DNA of 64,000 nucleotides from an uncultured delta proteobacterium (GTDB lineage Bacteria > Myxococcota_A > UBA9160 > SMWR01): positions 480,001 to 544,000 of the forward strand of contig CAWHTE010000003.1 of the NCBI GenBank assembly GCA_963832165.1, given 5' to 3'. Both the position numbers and the translations under genes were made by a program. Shown one piece after another: positions 1 through 8,944 of this stretch. Position 1 is the first letter of the stretch, and each line of letters starts with the position of its first letter. The notes under the pieces were generated by a model that ran no database searches, was not told where the DNA came from, and worked only from the letters and a program-made list of their open reading frames with translations.

Positions 1-1630
1 GATCGGCATCGCGCTCGTCACGGGCTCGCAGCTGCTGGTGGGTTATCCGGCGGCCGTCGCCTACTGCTGGCTGATCGCGATCCCGTACGCGGTGTTCATC
101 GCGGTGAGCGATCGCCGGGTCGGCCCCTTGCTCGCGGTCGGGGGCGCCTTCGCGGTGGGGATCCTGCTGGCCGGCATCCAGCTCGTGCCGACGTACGAAT
201 ACCTGGCGGCGTCGCTGCGCGCCCAGTCGACCTATGACTTTCTCACCGAACAGTCGCTGCATCCGGTGAATCTGTTCACGATCGCCGGGCCCTGGCTGTT
301 CCGTAGGTACCTGTTCATGGAACAGACGTACAACCCAGTGGAGCAGGTGTGCCATCTGGGCGCCGTCGCTCCAATCGCGGCTCTGTGGATGTTGCTGCGC
401 TGGCGGCAACTCGGAGCTCTGCGTCCGCTCGTCGCAGGCCTGTTTGGACTCTCCGCGCTCGCGTTGGTGCTGGCGCTGGGCCGGCACACCGGTCTCTATC
501 GATATTTCCTCGAGCTTCCGCTGGTCGGCTCGCTCCGGGTTCCGGCCCGCTACGTCATCGCGCTGTTCTTTTCCGGCGCGGTGTTCGCGGCGATCGCCTT
601 CGCGGATCTCCAGCGCGCTGAATCGACCGCCGAGCTGCGGCGTCGCGCCCGGTGGATCTGGATCGTTCCCGGGGTGAGCGCGTGTGTGGCCGGCGCTGCG
701 CTCGCCATGATCCGCAATCCCGAGTGGGGACCGGATCTCGCGAGCCAACTGAACGCGCCGGGCTGGATTGCCGTCGGTCCGCTCGTCTTCGTGCTCGCGG
801 CGGCGTTGTTCACGTTCGCCGCGCGCGGCCACCGTACCGCGCTATACGGTCTTCTCGTGCTCACGCCCGCGGAACACGCGATCTACGCCGTCCCGTGGTG
901 GTGGAGCAACCCGCCGAGGACGATCGCCGAGTATCGCGCGGGTATCCCTCGAACCGAGGTGTCCCCTCCGTTCCGCATCGCCACGACATCGGATTGGGGA
1001 TGGGCGGGACCGCCATTGCGTTGGTGGGGTTCGACCCGGTTGATCGTTCGCGATGCGCGATTGGTATCGGGTTACGCGGGGCTCATTCCGGCGAAGCAGC
1101 TCGACTACGCGACAGCCGCGGCCCGGCGCGTCACGGGCGCGGCCTTGCTTCTGGAGCCGCCGCGTCTCGTCACGAGCCTATCCGGCGCGTTGTCACGCGC
1201 GCGGCTCGTGACCCGCGCGGTGCTCAGTGCGCAGCCCGCGATCGACATCGAGGCGATCGACGTCGCGAACGCTGCGTTGGTCGAGGAACCCATCGATCTC
1301 GAAGTCGGACCTGCCGGGACCGCGGCGATCGAAGAGGAGCGAGCCGGAGCGCTCCAGATCCAGGTCGAAGCGCCGACGCGTCAGCTGCTAGTGCTCGCGG
1401 AGAGCTTCCACCCGGGCTGGCAGGTTCTCGTCGATGGAGCGGCTGCGCGCGTGCTGCGGGTGAACGGAGATTTCATGGGAGTGCTCGTCGATCCGGGAGT
1501 GCATGCGGTGCACTTCTCCTTCGCACCGCGTAGCTTCGTGGTGGGCCGCTGGACGAGCCTCGCTGGAATCGGGATCGTGCTCGCGGTGGCTCTCGCTGGA
1601 CTGCTCGGCGGCTCCGCTCGCGGCGCGTGA
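1..1630 (+). CDS. YfhO-family (GT-C-like) polytopic membrane protein, 5' truncated
   Basis: Frame is open from base 2 (IGIALVTGSQLLVGYP...). Many TM segments, LRVPARY motif, and C-terminal LLVLAESFHPGWQVLVDG...VNGDFMGV...GVHAVHFSF typical of YfhO. Confidence 0.8.
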   Translation, partial: IGIALVTGSQLLVGYPAAVAYCWLIAIPYAVFIAVSDRRVGPLLAVGGAFAVGILLAGIQLVPTYEYLAASLRAQSTYDFLTEQSLHPVNLFTIAGPWLFRRYLFMEQTYNPVEQVCHLGAVAPIAALWMLLRWRQLGALRPLVAGLFGLSALALVLALGRHTGLYRYFLELPLVGSLRVPARYVIALFFSGAVFAAIAFADLQRAESTAELRRRARWIWIVPGVSACVAGAALAMIRNPEWGPDLASQLNAPGWIAVGPLVFVLAAALFTFAARGHRTALYGLLVLTPAEHAIYAVPWWWSNPPRTIAEYRAGIPRTEVSPPFRIATTSDWGWAGPPLRWWGSTRLIVRDARLVSGYAGLIPAKQLDYATAAARRVTGAALLLEPPRLVTSLSGALSRARLVTRAVLSAQPAIDIEAIDVANAALVEEPIDLEVGPAGTAAIEEERAGALQIQVEAPTRQLLVLAESFHPGWQVLVDGAAARVLRVNGDFMGVLVDPGVHAVHFSFAPRSFVVGRWTSLAGIGIVLAVALAGLLGGSARGA

Positions 1631-1638
1631 ATAGCGGA

Positions 1639-4503
1639 CTACCGCCGCTTCCGTAGCAGGCAGAGCAGCGCCAGCCCTGCGCCGAGCAGCCCGCCGCGCG
1701 TGGGCTCGGGGACGTAGTGCACGGCGAACGTGCCGGCGAGCGTGCCGGTTACGAGGTCGGGGCGACCGTCGGCGTAGAGGTCGGCGGCGGCGGGGGCGGA
1801 CTTGTCGCCGACGTCTTCACCCGTCAGCGGGTGAAGGGCATGCGCCGGTTCGAATGCCGGCTCGGTCACTTCTCCGTTCTGGAGGTAGACGAACCGCCCG
1901 GACCTCGCGCCGGAGACGAGGTCGAGATCGCCTTCGCCGTCGAAATCGCCGATCGCGGGGCTCGTGTAGTGCACGGCGGTCGTGCCATCGAACGGATTCA
2001 CGGCGCCGTCGCGCGGGACGAAAATCGGACTCGTCGCGCTGCCGAGGTTCTCGAAGTAGCCGAGGCCGCCGTAGTATTGGCCGACGACGAGGTCGAGATC
2101 GCCGTCGCGGTCGAGGTCGGCGAAGGCGGGCGCGCAGCTATCGCTGCCGAAGGCGATCAGGCCGAACGGATTCGCGACCGGGGCTGCGAACAGCGGCGCT
2201 GTCGCGCTCCCCGTGTTCGCGAAGTAGTCGAAGTCGCCCGCGCGGCGCCCGGCCAGCAGGTCGATGTCGCCGTCGCCATCGAGATCTCCGAACGCAGGCT
2301 TGGCCTCGTCTCCGACGTCGCGGCCGTCCAGCGGGTTGGCGGCGCCGGTGCGCGCGGCGAACGCCGGGCTCGTCGCGCTGCCGGTGTTCTCGAAGAAGAG
2401 GAACGTCCCCAGGTCCTCTCCGGCGAGCAGATCGAAGTCGCCGTCGGCGTCGAGGTCTGCGAGCGCAGGCCCAGCCAGCGATCCCAGGTCCTGGCCATCG
2501 AGTGGATTGGCAGGACCGGTCAGTTCGACGAAATCGGGCGCCTGCTGCACGACGAAGCTTTCGAAGTAGCTGAAGGCGCTGCCAGTGACGAGATCGAGGT
2601 CGTCGTCGCCGTCGAGGTCGCCGAGCGCGGGCCTCGCTGCAAAGGGCGGGGCATTCAACGGGTTCGCCGTGCCCGCAACGAACGCGGGCTTCGCCGCGCT
2701 GCCGGTGTTCTCGAAGTAGTAGACGAGGGCGAAGATGGAGCCCGACAACACGTCGAGGTCCCCGTCGCCGTCGAGGTCACCGAGCGCGGGCAGCGTGTAA
2801 TTTCCTACCTGGCTCTGGCCGTTCAGCGGGTTGGCGGCGCCGGTGCGCGCGGCGAATGCCGGGCTCGTCGCGCTGCCCGTGTTCTCGAAGAAGAAGAAGG
2901 TCGCCGGGGGGTTGTACGTGCCTTCGCCCGAGATCAGGTCGAGGTCGCCGTCGCCGTCGAGGTCGCCGAACGAGGGGTACGGGCGTATTCCAATGTCCTG
3001 CCCGTCGAGCGGATTGGCTGCGCCCGTTCGCGCAATGAACGCCGGACTCGCCGCGCTGCCGGTGTTCTCGAAGTAGAGGAAGGTCCCGTCGATTCCTCCG
3101 AGGCCGACTCCACCGACGAGGTCGAGGTCGCCGTCGCCGTCGAGGTCGCCGAGCGCGGGCTTCGCATAGGCTCCGACATCCTGGCCATTCAGCGGGTTCG
3201 CCGCTCCCGTTCGCGCAGCGAACGCGGGACTCGTGGTGCTGCCCGTATTCTCGTAGTAGAAGAAGGTCCCTCCGCTGCCTGGGCCGCTGACGAGGTCGAG
3301 GTCGCCGTCGCCGTCGAGGTCGCCGAGCGACGGCGCTCCCCCGGACTGACCTTCGAGCGGGTTGGCCGCGCCGGTGCGCTGCACCAGGCGACCGCGCAGA
3401 TGCTCGAAGTAGTTGAAGACGCCGTCGGACTCGCCCGCGATGAGATCGGGATCGCCGTCGCCGTCGAGATCGCCGAGCGCGACCGCGGCGCGCGCGTTGC
3501 CCGTGCCCAGATCCAGATTGGCGAGCGGATTTGCCGTACCCGTGCGCGGGACGAACGCCGGGCTCGTCGCGCTGCCCGTGTTCTCGAACGTGAGGAATGT
3601 TCCGGACAGCTCTCCCGCGACGAGATCGAGGTCGCCGTCGCCATCGAGATCGCCCAAAGACGGCGTCGAATAGCCGCCCACGTCTTGGCCATTCAGCGGG
3701 TTCGCGGCGCCCGTGCGCTCGGCGAACGCGGGAGAGGTCGCGCTGCCGGTGTTCTCGAAGTAGTTCAGGACGCCGTCGCCCTCGCCGGCGACGAGGTCGA
3801 GGTCGCCGTCGCCGTCGAGATCGCCGAACGCCGGGTTCGAGCGGTAGCCGAGGTCGTGGCCCGCGAGCGGATTGGCGGCGCCGGTGCTCGGGAGGAAGGC
3901 CGGGCTCGTCGCACTGCCGGTGTTCTGGAAGTAGGCGAACGTGGCGTTGCTGTTCCCGGCCAGCAGATCGAGATCGCCGTCGCCGTCGAGATCGCCGAGC
4001 GCAGCGGAGGAGTCGAGTCCGACGTCGTGGCCGTTCATAGGGTTGGCGGCGCCGGTGCGTTGGATGAAGAGCGGGTTGCTCGCGGTGCCCGTGTTCTCGA
4101 AGTAGCTGAACGTCCCGTTGAACCCTCCCGCGACGAGATCGAGGTCACCGTCGCTGTCGAGGTCGCCGAGTGCGGACGTCGAATAGGCTCCGACATCCTG
4201 GCCGTTCAGCGGGTTCGCCGCGCCGGTCAGCGCGGCGAACGGCGGGAGCTCGGCGCCGGCCGGCGCCGCGCCGAGGCCGAGCAACGCGACCGCAAGCGCC
4301 GAGCTCGCGGCGACGCTGTGCAGCACCCAGCGCAGGTAGGGCTCGTCGCGCCGGTGGCGGCGCACGAAGCGCCGCGCGGCCGCGCGCAGCTGCTGGCGCG
4401 TGCCCGCTCCGGCGGCCCGCGCCCGCTCGACAAGCAGCCGCGCGCACTGCGCCTCCAGGCCAGGCCGGTCGCGCGGTGCCCCGATTTCCGCAAGCCGCGA
4501 CAT
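1639..4503 (-). CDS. FG-GAP/VCBS repeat surface protein with PEP-CTERM sorting signal
   Basis: 15 copies of GDLDGDGDLDL in ~56-aa repeats; C-terminus VPEPTRGGLLGAGLALLCLLRKRR. ATG at 4503 is preceded by GAGG. Confidence 0.88.
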   Translation of the reverse strand: MSRLAEIGAPRDRPGLEAQCARLLVERARAAGAGTRQQLRAAARRFVRRHRRDEPYLRWVLHSVAASSALAVALLGLGAAPAGAELPPFAALTGAANPLNGQDVGAYSTSALGDLDSDGDLDLVAGGFNGTFSYFENTGTASNPLFIQRTGAANPMNGHDVGLDSSAALGDLDGDGDLDLLAGNSNATFAYFQNTGSATSPAFLPSTGAANPLAGHDLGYRSNPAFGDLDGDGDLDLVAGEGDGVLNYFENTGSATSPAFAERTGAANPLNGQDVGGYSTPSLGDLDGDGDLDLVAGELSGTFLTFENTGSATSPAFVPRTGTANPLANLDLGTGNARAAVALGDLDGDGDPDLIAGESDGVFNYFEHLRGRLVQRTGAANPLEGQSGGAPSLGDLDGDGDLDLVSGPGSGGTFFYYENTGSTTSPAFAARTGAANPLNGQDVGAYAKPALGDLDGDGDLDLVGGVGLGGIDGTFLYFENTGSAASPAFIARTGAANPLDGQDIGIRPYPSFGDLDGDGDLDLISGEGTYNPPATFFFFENTGSATSPAFAARTGAANPLNGQSQVGNYTLPALGDLDGDGDLDVLSGSIFALVYYFENTGSAAKPAFVAGTANPLNAPPFAARPALGDLDGDDDLDLVTGSAFSYFESFVVQQAPDFVELTGPANPLDGQDLGSLAGPALADLDADGDFDLLAGEDLGTFLFFENTGSATSPAFAARTGAANPLDGRDVGDEAKPAFGDLDGDGDIDLLAGRRAGDFDYFANTGSATAPLFAAPVANPFGLIAFGSDSCAPAFADLDRDGDLDLVVGQYYGGLGYFENLGSATSPIFVPRDGAVNPFDGTTAVHYTSPAIGDFDGEGDLDLVSGARSGRFVYLQNGEVTEPAFEPAHALHPLTGEDVGDKSAPAAADLYADGRPDLVTGTLAGTFAVHYVPEPTRGGLLGAGLALLCLLRKRR
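1720..4230 (-). repeat. Intragenic degenerate tandem repeat (~168 nt unit) encoding FG-GAP blades
   Basis: Recurring gtcgaggtcgccgtcgccgtcgag and gccggtgttctcgaag motifs on the + strand. Confidence 0.85.
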
Positions 4504-4610
4504 CTGAATCGCCTCTGTCGCAACCGAGAGGTTGCCGCCACTACTAACACGCGCGGCCAGCCGGTGGGAAGAGGGAGTTGGCAGGCTTGCTATTCGAGTC
4601 TCGAAGTATT

Positions 4611-4645
4611 CCGGGGTCGCCCGACGAATGGTCGGGCGCTGCCGG
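4611..4645. other. GC-rich hairpin between the two minus-strand PEP-CTERM genes
   Basis: ccgg..gcccgac-gaatg-gtcgggc..ccgg inverted repeat with no U-tract; function unclear. Confidence 0.35.
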
Positions 4646-4696
4646 AGAGCGTCGTTTATTCGATGAGCTCGCGCAGAGCGGATCGGGGTGCTCGAG

Positions 4697-7600
4697 CTAG
4701 GTGATTGACCGCCACCTTCCGCGCGCCAGTCCCGCCACCGCGAGGACACCACAGGCGAGCAGCAGCGTCGCCGACGGCTCGGGCAGGCAGTGGACCGTCA
4801 GCTTCGGACGGTGACCGCTGGTCGCGTGCTCGGCCGAGCGGATGCCCACGCCGCTGACTCCCGTGGGCACGATGATCCAGCCCTTGTTGCTCGCGGGATT
4901 CGCCTGCCAGGCGACGATGCTCGAGGTCACGTCGAGCGTGTAGGCGGTCTCTGTACCCACGAGGGTTCCGGGCGCCTGCGCGGGCAGGGCGGTCGCAACG
5001 TAGTCATCGCCCGCTTGCGCCCCGGCCAGGGCTCCGAAGCCCGCGTAGTCCGTGTTGCCATCCCAGTCGATCAATACCTCGTGGACGTTGCCGGGATTCC
5101 CGTTGTCGTCGAGGACGTAGGTGAGCTCGGCGGATCCGATCTGCGCGTTGTCCGGGATCGGGCCCCCCTCACTCGTGAACAGGTCTTCGAAGCGCAGCAG
5201 CGTGAACTTCTGCGGGTCGTTGTCCCAGAACAGGTGGTCCTCGCCTCCGTGTGCGCCGGTGCTCACCTCGATGTAGGTATCGACCGAGCCCGCATAGCCG
5301 CCTTCACCCAGTTGAAACGATTCCGTCGTGCAGACGTCCAGACCGTCCACGCACGAGTTGGTCCCGGTGGTCCACACCGCGCCGACGATGTTGGCGTCGT
5401 TGCTGTTGCCGGTGGCGTCGTACGCGGTGGTTCCGGCGCCCTCGTCGAGCACGAAGCTTCCGAGCAGACCGGTGGCCTCGATGATCGTCATGTGCATCTC
5501 GGCCTGGATCTCTGCCTGGCTGCGCGCGTGATCCCAGACCCGCACGTCGTGGATCTGGCCGTTGAATGCTCCGGCCGGGACGCCGGTCGAGTTGAAGGCC
5601 GCGCCGATGCCGAAGTGTTGGATGCTGTCGCCTCGCGGGACCAGTCCCACGACGCTCGTGGCCTCGAAACGGCCGTCCAGGTAGAGATTCCAGGCGTTCC
5701 CGTCATAGGTGGCGGCCACGTGGTGCCAGACGCCGGTCGTGATCGGGGTCGTGCCGTGCACCGGATGGTTCGAGCTGTCTACGGCGGCCTCGAAGTCCGC
5801 GGCGAGCACGTTGGTCGTGTTGGCAATTCCGAGGAAATAGTTGGCGTCGATGTTGGTGCCGTTGACGGGGTCGTCGCCCTCGCCGAACCCCTTCGCGATG
5901 ATCGGGACACCCGTTACCCCTCCGCTGCCGGAGCTGGCTGTCGCGCCTCCGCCATCCCAATAGATCCAGCCCTCGATCGTGAACGTGTTGGAGCCGAGCG
6001 TCGACGGTTCGGGGCGGGTCACGTGATCGTTCGTGCCGTCGAAGTCGAGTACGCCCGTGATCGGCACGTCGTGGCAGACATCCTCGGTGCAGAGATTGCC
6101 GTCATCGCAGTCGGCATCGTCGGAGCAGCAGCTCGGGTCGACCGTCGATTGGCAGCTGCCGTTGCCCATCGAGACGAGGTTCGTCGCGGTCCAGCCGGCG
6201 TTACCGGCCAGCGTGCCGTTGTTGCCGTTCACCGAATCCGCCGCCGTCGCCCCGGTGCCCTCGTCCAGGCCCCAGCGACCCCGCAGATCCACGTTGCCGC
6301 TGATCGGCTGATGCATGCCCGCGGCGATCTCGGACGCGGAGAGCGCGCGAGCCCAGACACGCACCTCGTCGAGCTGGCCCTGGAAGGCGCCGTCTGCCGC
6401 ATTGAGGGAGGTCATCGAGGTTCCGATCGAGAACGGCTGGATGCTGTCGGACCGCGGCACGGTCGAAGTCGCCACGGGTGTGCCGTCGAGCACCCCGTTC
6501 AGGTAGAGACGGAAGCTGGAGCCATCGAAGGTGACCGCAGCGTGGTGCCACACGTTGTTCGTGATCGGCGTCGCGCCGGTCACGGGATGGTTGTTCGGAC
6601 TGGGGCCGGTGTGCTCGAAATCTGCGACGAGCACGCCCCCGGCGGCGTCCGAGATTCCCAGGAAGTAGTTGGCATCCTGGTTGGTACCGTCGGCTTCGCC
6701 ACGGCCCTTGGCGACGAGCGGAACGGCCACCACGCCGCCCGTGCCGGTGCTGGCCGTGTCGCCGGTGCCGGTGCGGCGGAACCACGTCTCGACCGTGAAC
6801 TGCGCCAGCCCGAGCTCGGTATGGGTGCTGTCGTCACCGAACGTGACCCAGTCACCCGTTCCATCGAGCGTGAGCGCGGCGAGGTTCGGCTGGATGCAGG
6901 CATCCAGTGTGCAGCTGTCCGTGTCGTTGCAATCGTTGTTCGTCACGCAGCAACCGACCGGCGCGATGTTCTCGCAGGTATTGGTTCCGAGATTGCACGA
7001 ATCCGCGGTGCACGTGTTCGCGTCCGCGCAGTCCACGTCTGCTTCGCAGCAGCCGTTGATCGCGTTGTTCACGCACAGACCGTCCACACAGGCGTCGGTG
7101 GTGCAGATGTCGGCATCGGCGCAATCCTCGTCGACGGTGCAGGCATTCGCGAGATAGCTGACGGCGAGCATCGGCCGGTCCGCGGGATCGGGTGCGTATT
7201 CGCCGGTTCGGATACCGGCGCCGCTCGGGCCGGTCGGAACGAAGATCCAGCCCTGGTTGGTGCTCGGCGCGGCAGACCACGCCGCCACGCTCCCCGTGAC
7301 GTCCAGCGTGTGCGGTGTGCGGGTATCGCCCGGAGCGGAGCCGGATGCCTGACCCACGAGCGCGGAGTCGTAGTCCTCGTCGGCCTGGGCGCCCGGCGTC
7401 ACGCCGAAGCCGGCGTGGTCGATGGTGTCGGTCCACGGGATGGTGATCCGGTGCACGTTCGCGGTGTCGCCGTTGTCGTCGGCCACGTAGTGGAGAATGG
7501 CCGAGGTGATCGTGGCGCCCTGCGGAATCGGGCCCCCCTCGGTGTCGAAGAGCGCTCCGAAGCGCAGCAACCCGAACTTCTCGGGGCTTCCGTCCCAGAA

Positions 7601-8734
7601 GAAGCTCTCCTCGGTGCCGTGGGATCCGGTCGAGACCTCGAGGTAGGTGTCCGTGGCACCGGTGTAGCCACTTGCACCCTGCTGGAACGTGACCTGGTTG
7701 GGCGTGTTGGGGAAGCCGCCGTTCATGTCGTAGGGAAGCGTGAACTGACTGCCCGAGTCGGTCTCGAACGCGTTCAACGTCGGTGAGTAGGTGCGGACCG
7801 AGATGAGGTTGTTGGCGGGCTGGAACTCGAGGATGCGCAGCCAGCCGTCGCCGCCGTTGGTGCGGCCCTGATAGTCCGAGAGCAGCGTGTGGACGGTGTT
7901 TCCGTTGAAGGTGTCGGAACGCCGGCTTTCGGAAGAAACGTGCCCACCGAGGATCAGGAAGAGATTCGGATGGTGCTTGAGACCCTCGTAGAGAGCAGAG
8001 CCCTGGTTGCTGAACAGGGGACTCGCGCCGGAATCCAGCACGTGATGGCTCACGACGATCGCACGGCGCGCGCTGTAGGTCGTGAGGACCTCGTCCGCCC
8101 AGGCAATCACGGCCTGGCGAAGCGCCGTATTCGACGACATGTACTCGATGTGGAGGATGATGAAGTCGTAGCCGTTCGCGCTGAAGAGCTGATAGGTATT
8201 GTCGTGATTGATGCCGAAGTGGCCGCCGAAGTAGCCGCGACAGATCGAGGCGGGACAGAATCGATCGGGGCCGAAGTAGCTGTTGTAGGTGGTGGTGGTC
8301 GTGCCCTGGTCGGGATGGTTCACGTCGTTGACGGTCGGAATGCTCCCGGGAGTGCCGTTCGGGGCCTGATCGTGATTGCCCACGGCCACACCGAACGGGA
8401 TGCCGTCCGGGTAGTCGACGCCGGTGGCCGTCTCGATCGTCTGGAAGGCGAGATCGGCAATGTCGAACTCGCTGATCACGTTGCCGTTCTGAGTGCAGTC
8501 CCCGAGCTCGGTCACGAAGCGGATGTCGAGGACGTCGCGGTTCGCTGCGATCCAGTCGGTCTGCGCCTCGAAGATGCCGAGATGGGCGACGCACGATCCA
8601 CCGCCGGTACAGGTGTAGAACTGCGTGTCGGGCAGCGCGATGACGGTGAAATCATCGGCCTGGCCGCGGGCCGGAGTGGGGGCCCACCCGAACGAGAGTG
8701 CACAGACGAGGCTGAGCAGGGACGAGAACCGCAT
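4697..8734 (-). CDS. Secreted calcineurin-like metallophosphoesterase with DNRLRE-like, Cys-rich and LamG domains; PEP-CTERM
   Basis: Signal peptide MRFSSLLSLVCALS; PDTQ, LGD, GNHD, SHH and GGH metal motifs; two LamG domains (WHHAAVTFDG, WHHVAATYDG); CxxDxDC repeats; C-terminus LPEPSATLLLACGVLAVAGLARGRWR. Confidence 0.85.
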   Translation of the reverse strand: MRFSSLLSLVCALSFGWAPTPARGQADDFTVIALPDTQFYTCTGGGSCVAHLGIFEAQTDWIAANRDVLDIRFVTELGDCTQNGNVISEFDIADLAFQTIETATGVDYPDGIPFGVAVGNHDQAPNGTPGSIPTVNDVNHPDQGTTTTTYNSYFGPDRFCPASICRGYFGGHFGINHDNTYQLFSANGYDFIILHIEYMSSNTALRQAVIAWADEVLTTYSARRAIVVSHHVLDSGASPLFSNQGSALYEGLKHHPNLFLILGGHVSSESRRSDTFNGNTVHTLLSDYQGRTNGGDGWLRILEFQPANNLISVRTYSPTLNAFETDSGSQFTLPYDMNGGFPNTPNQVTFQQGASGYTGATDTYLEVSTGSHGTEESFFWDGSPEKFGLLRFGALFDTEGGPIPQGATITSAILHYVADDNGDTANVHRITIPWTDTIDHAGFGVTPGAQADEDYDSALVGQASGSAPGDTRTPHTLDVTGSVAAWSAAPSTNQGWIFVPTGPSGAGIRTGEYAPDPADRPMLAVSYLANACTVDEDCADADICTTDACVDGLCVNNAINGCCEADVDCADANTCTADSCNLGTNTCENIAPVGCCVTNNDCNDTDSCTLDACIQPNLAALTLDGTGDWVTFGDDSTHTELGLAQFTVETWFRRTGTGDTASTGTGGVVAVPLVAKGRGEADGTNQDANYFLGISDAAGGVLVADFEHTGPSPNNHPVTGATPITNNVWHHAAVTFDGSSFRLYLNGVLDGTPVATSTVPRSDSIQPFSIGTSMTSLNAADGAFQGQLDEVRVWARALSASEIAAGMHQPISGNVDLRGRWGLDEGTGATAADSVNGNNGTLAGNAGWTATNLVSMGNGSCQSTVDPSCCSDDADCDDGNLCTEDVCHDVPITGVLDFDGTNDHVTRPEPSTLGSNTFTIEGWIYWDGGGATASSGSGGVTGVPIIAKGFGEGDDPVNGTNIDANYFLGIANTTNVLAADFEAAVDSSNHPVHGTTPITTGVWHHVAATYDGNAWNLYLDGRFEATSVVGLVPRGDSIQHFGIGAAFNSTGVPAGAFNGQIHDVRVWDHARSQAEIQAEMHMTIIEATGLLGSFVLDEGAGTTAYDATGNSNDANIVGAVWTTGTNSCVDGLDVCTTESFQLGEGGYAGSVDTYIEVSTGAHGGEDHLFWDNDPQKFTLLRFEDLFTSEGGPIPDNAQIGSAELTYVLDDNGNPGNVHEVLIDWDGNTDYAGFGALAGAQAGDDYVATALPAQAPGTLVGTETAYTLDVTSSIVAWQANPASNKGWIIVPTGVSGVGIRSAEHATSGHRPKLTVHCLPEPSATLLLACGVLAVAGLARGRWRSIT

Positions 8735-8765
8735 CGGCACCTTCCGGCACCCACCCACGACCTCG

Positions 8766-8805
8766 CATTATGTGTCACCTCGAGCGCTCCAGGATTCACA
8801 TAATG
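8766..8805. promoter_or_regulatory. Imperfect palindrome in divergent promoter region, candidate operator
   Basis: CATTATGTG (8766-8774) and CACATAATG (8797-8805) are perfect inverted arms around a GAGCGCTC palindromic core; AT-rich against a high-GC background. Confidence 0.5.
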
Positions 8806-8944
8806 TGTTGGTGCACCTCGATCTCGATTAACACGCGTTCTGTCGCGACGAGTTCTGCGGAAGGGCCCCCGGACAGAAAAACTTCGCAGACCTAAGGGGT
8901 TGCCGTGTGCGGTTGCCGCCGGGGCCGACTCCGCGAGGATCTTG

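Noticed and set aside
1720..4230. Regularly spaced DNA repeats that could suggest a CRISPR array
   Set aside because: Degenerate, in-frame, ~168-nt coding repeats of FG-GAP blades; no unique spacers and no cas genes.
4504..4600. Sigma54 promoter upstream of the FG-GAP PEP-CTERM gene
   Set aside because: TGGC and TTGC elements are present but not at the required GG-N10-GC spacing.
1717..4704. 995-aa + strand ORF and similar long antisense ORFs (4790-7786, 8828-10417, 19074-21989, 32573-34591, 34464-36896, 37390-39426)
   Set aside because: Shadow frames opposite well-supported genes, expected from high GC3 codon bias; no recognisable motifs.
8762..8778. PHO box in the phosphoesterase divergent promoter
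   Set aside because: Only one GTGTCAC half-site-like match; no 11-bp direct-repeat partner.
8838..8910. c-di-GMP-I riboswitch-like words (AAAAC...CCTAAGG...GGTTGCCG) with alternative pairings
   Set aside because: The 5' GGCAAA P1 strand and the GAAA-capped P2 are missing; an Infernal search with RF01051 would be needed to revive it.
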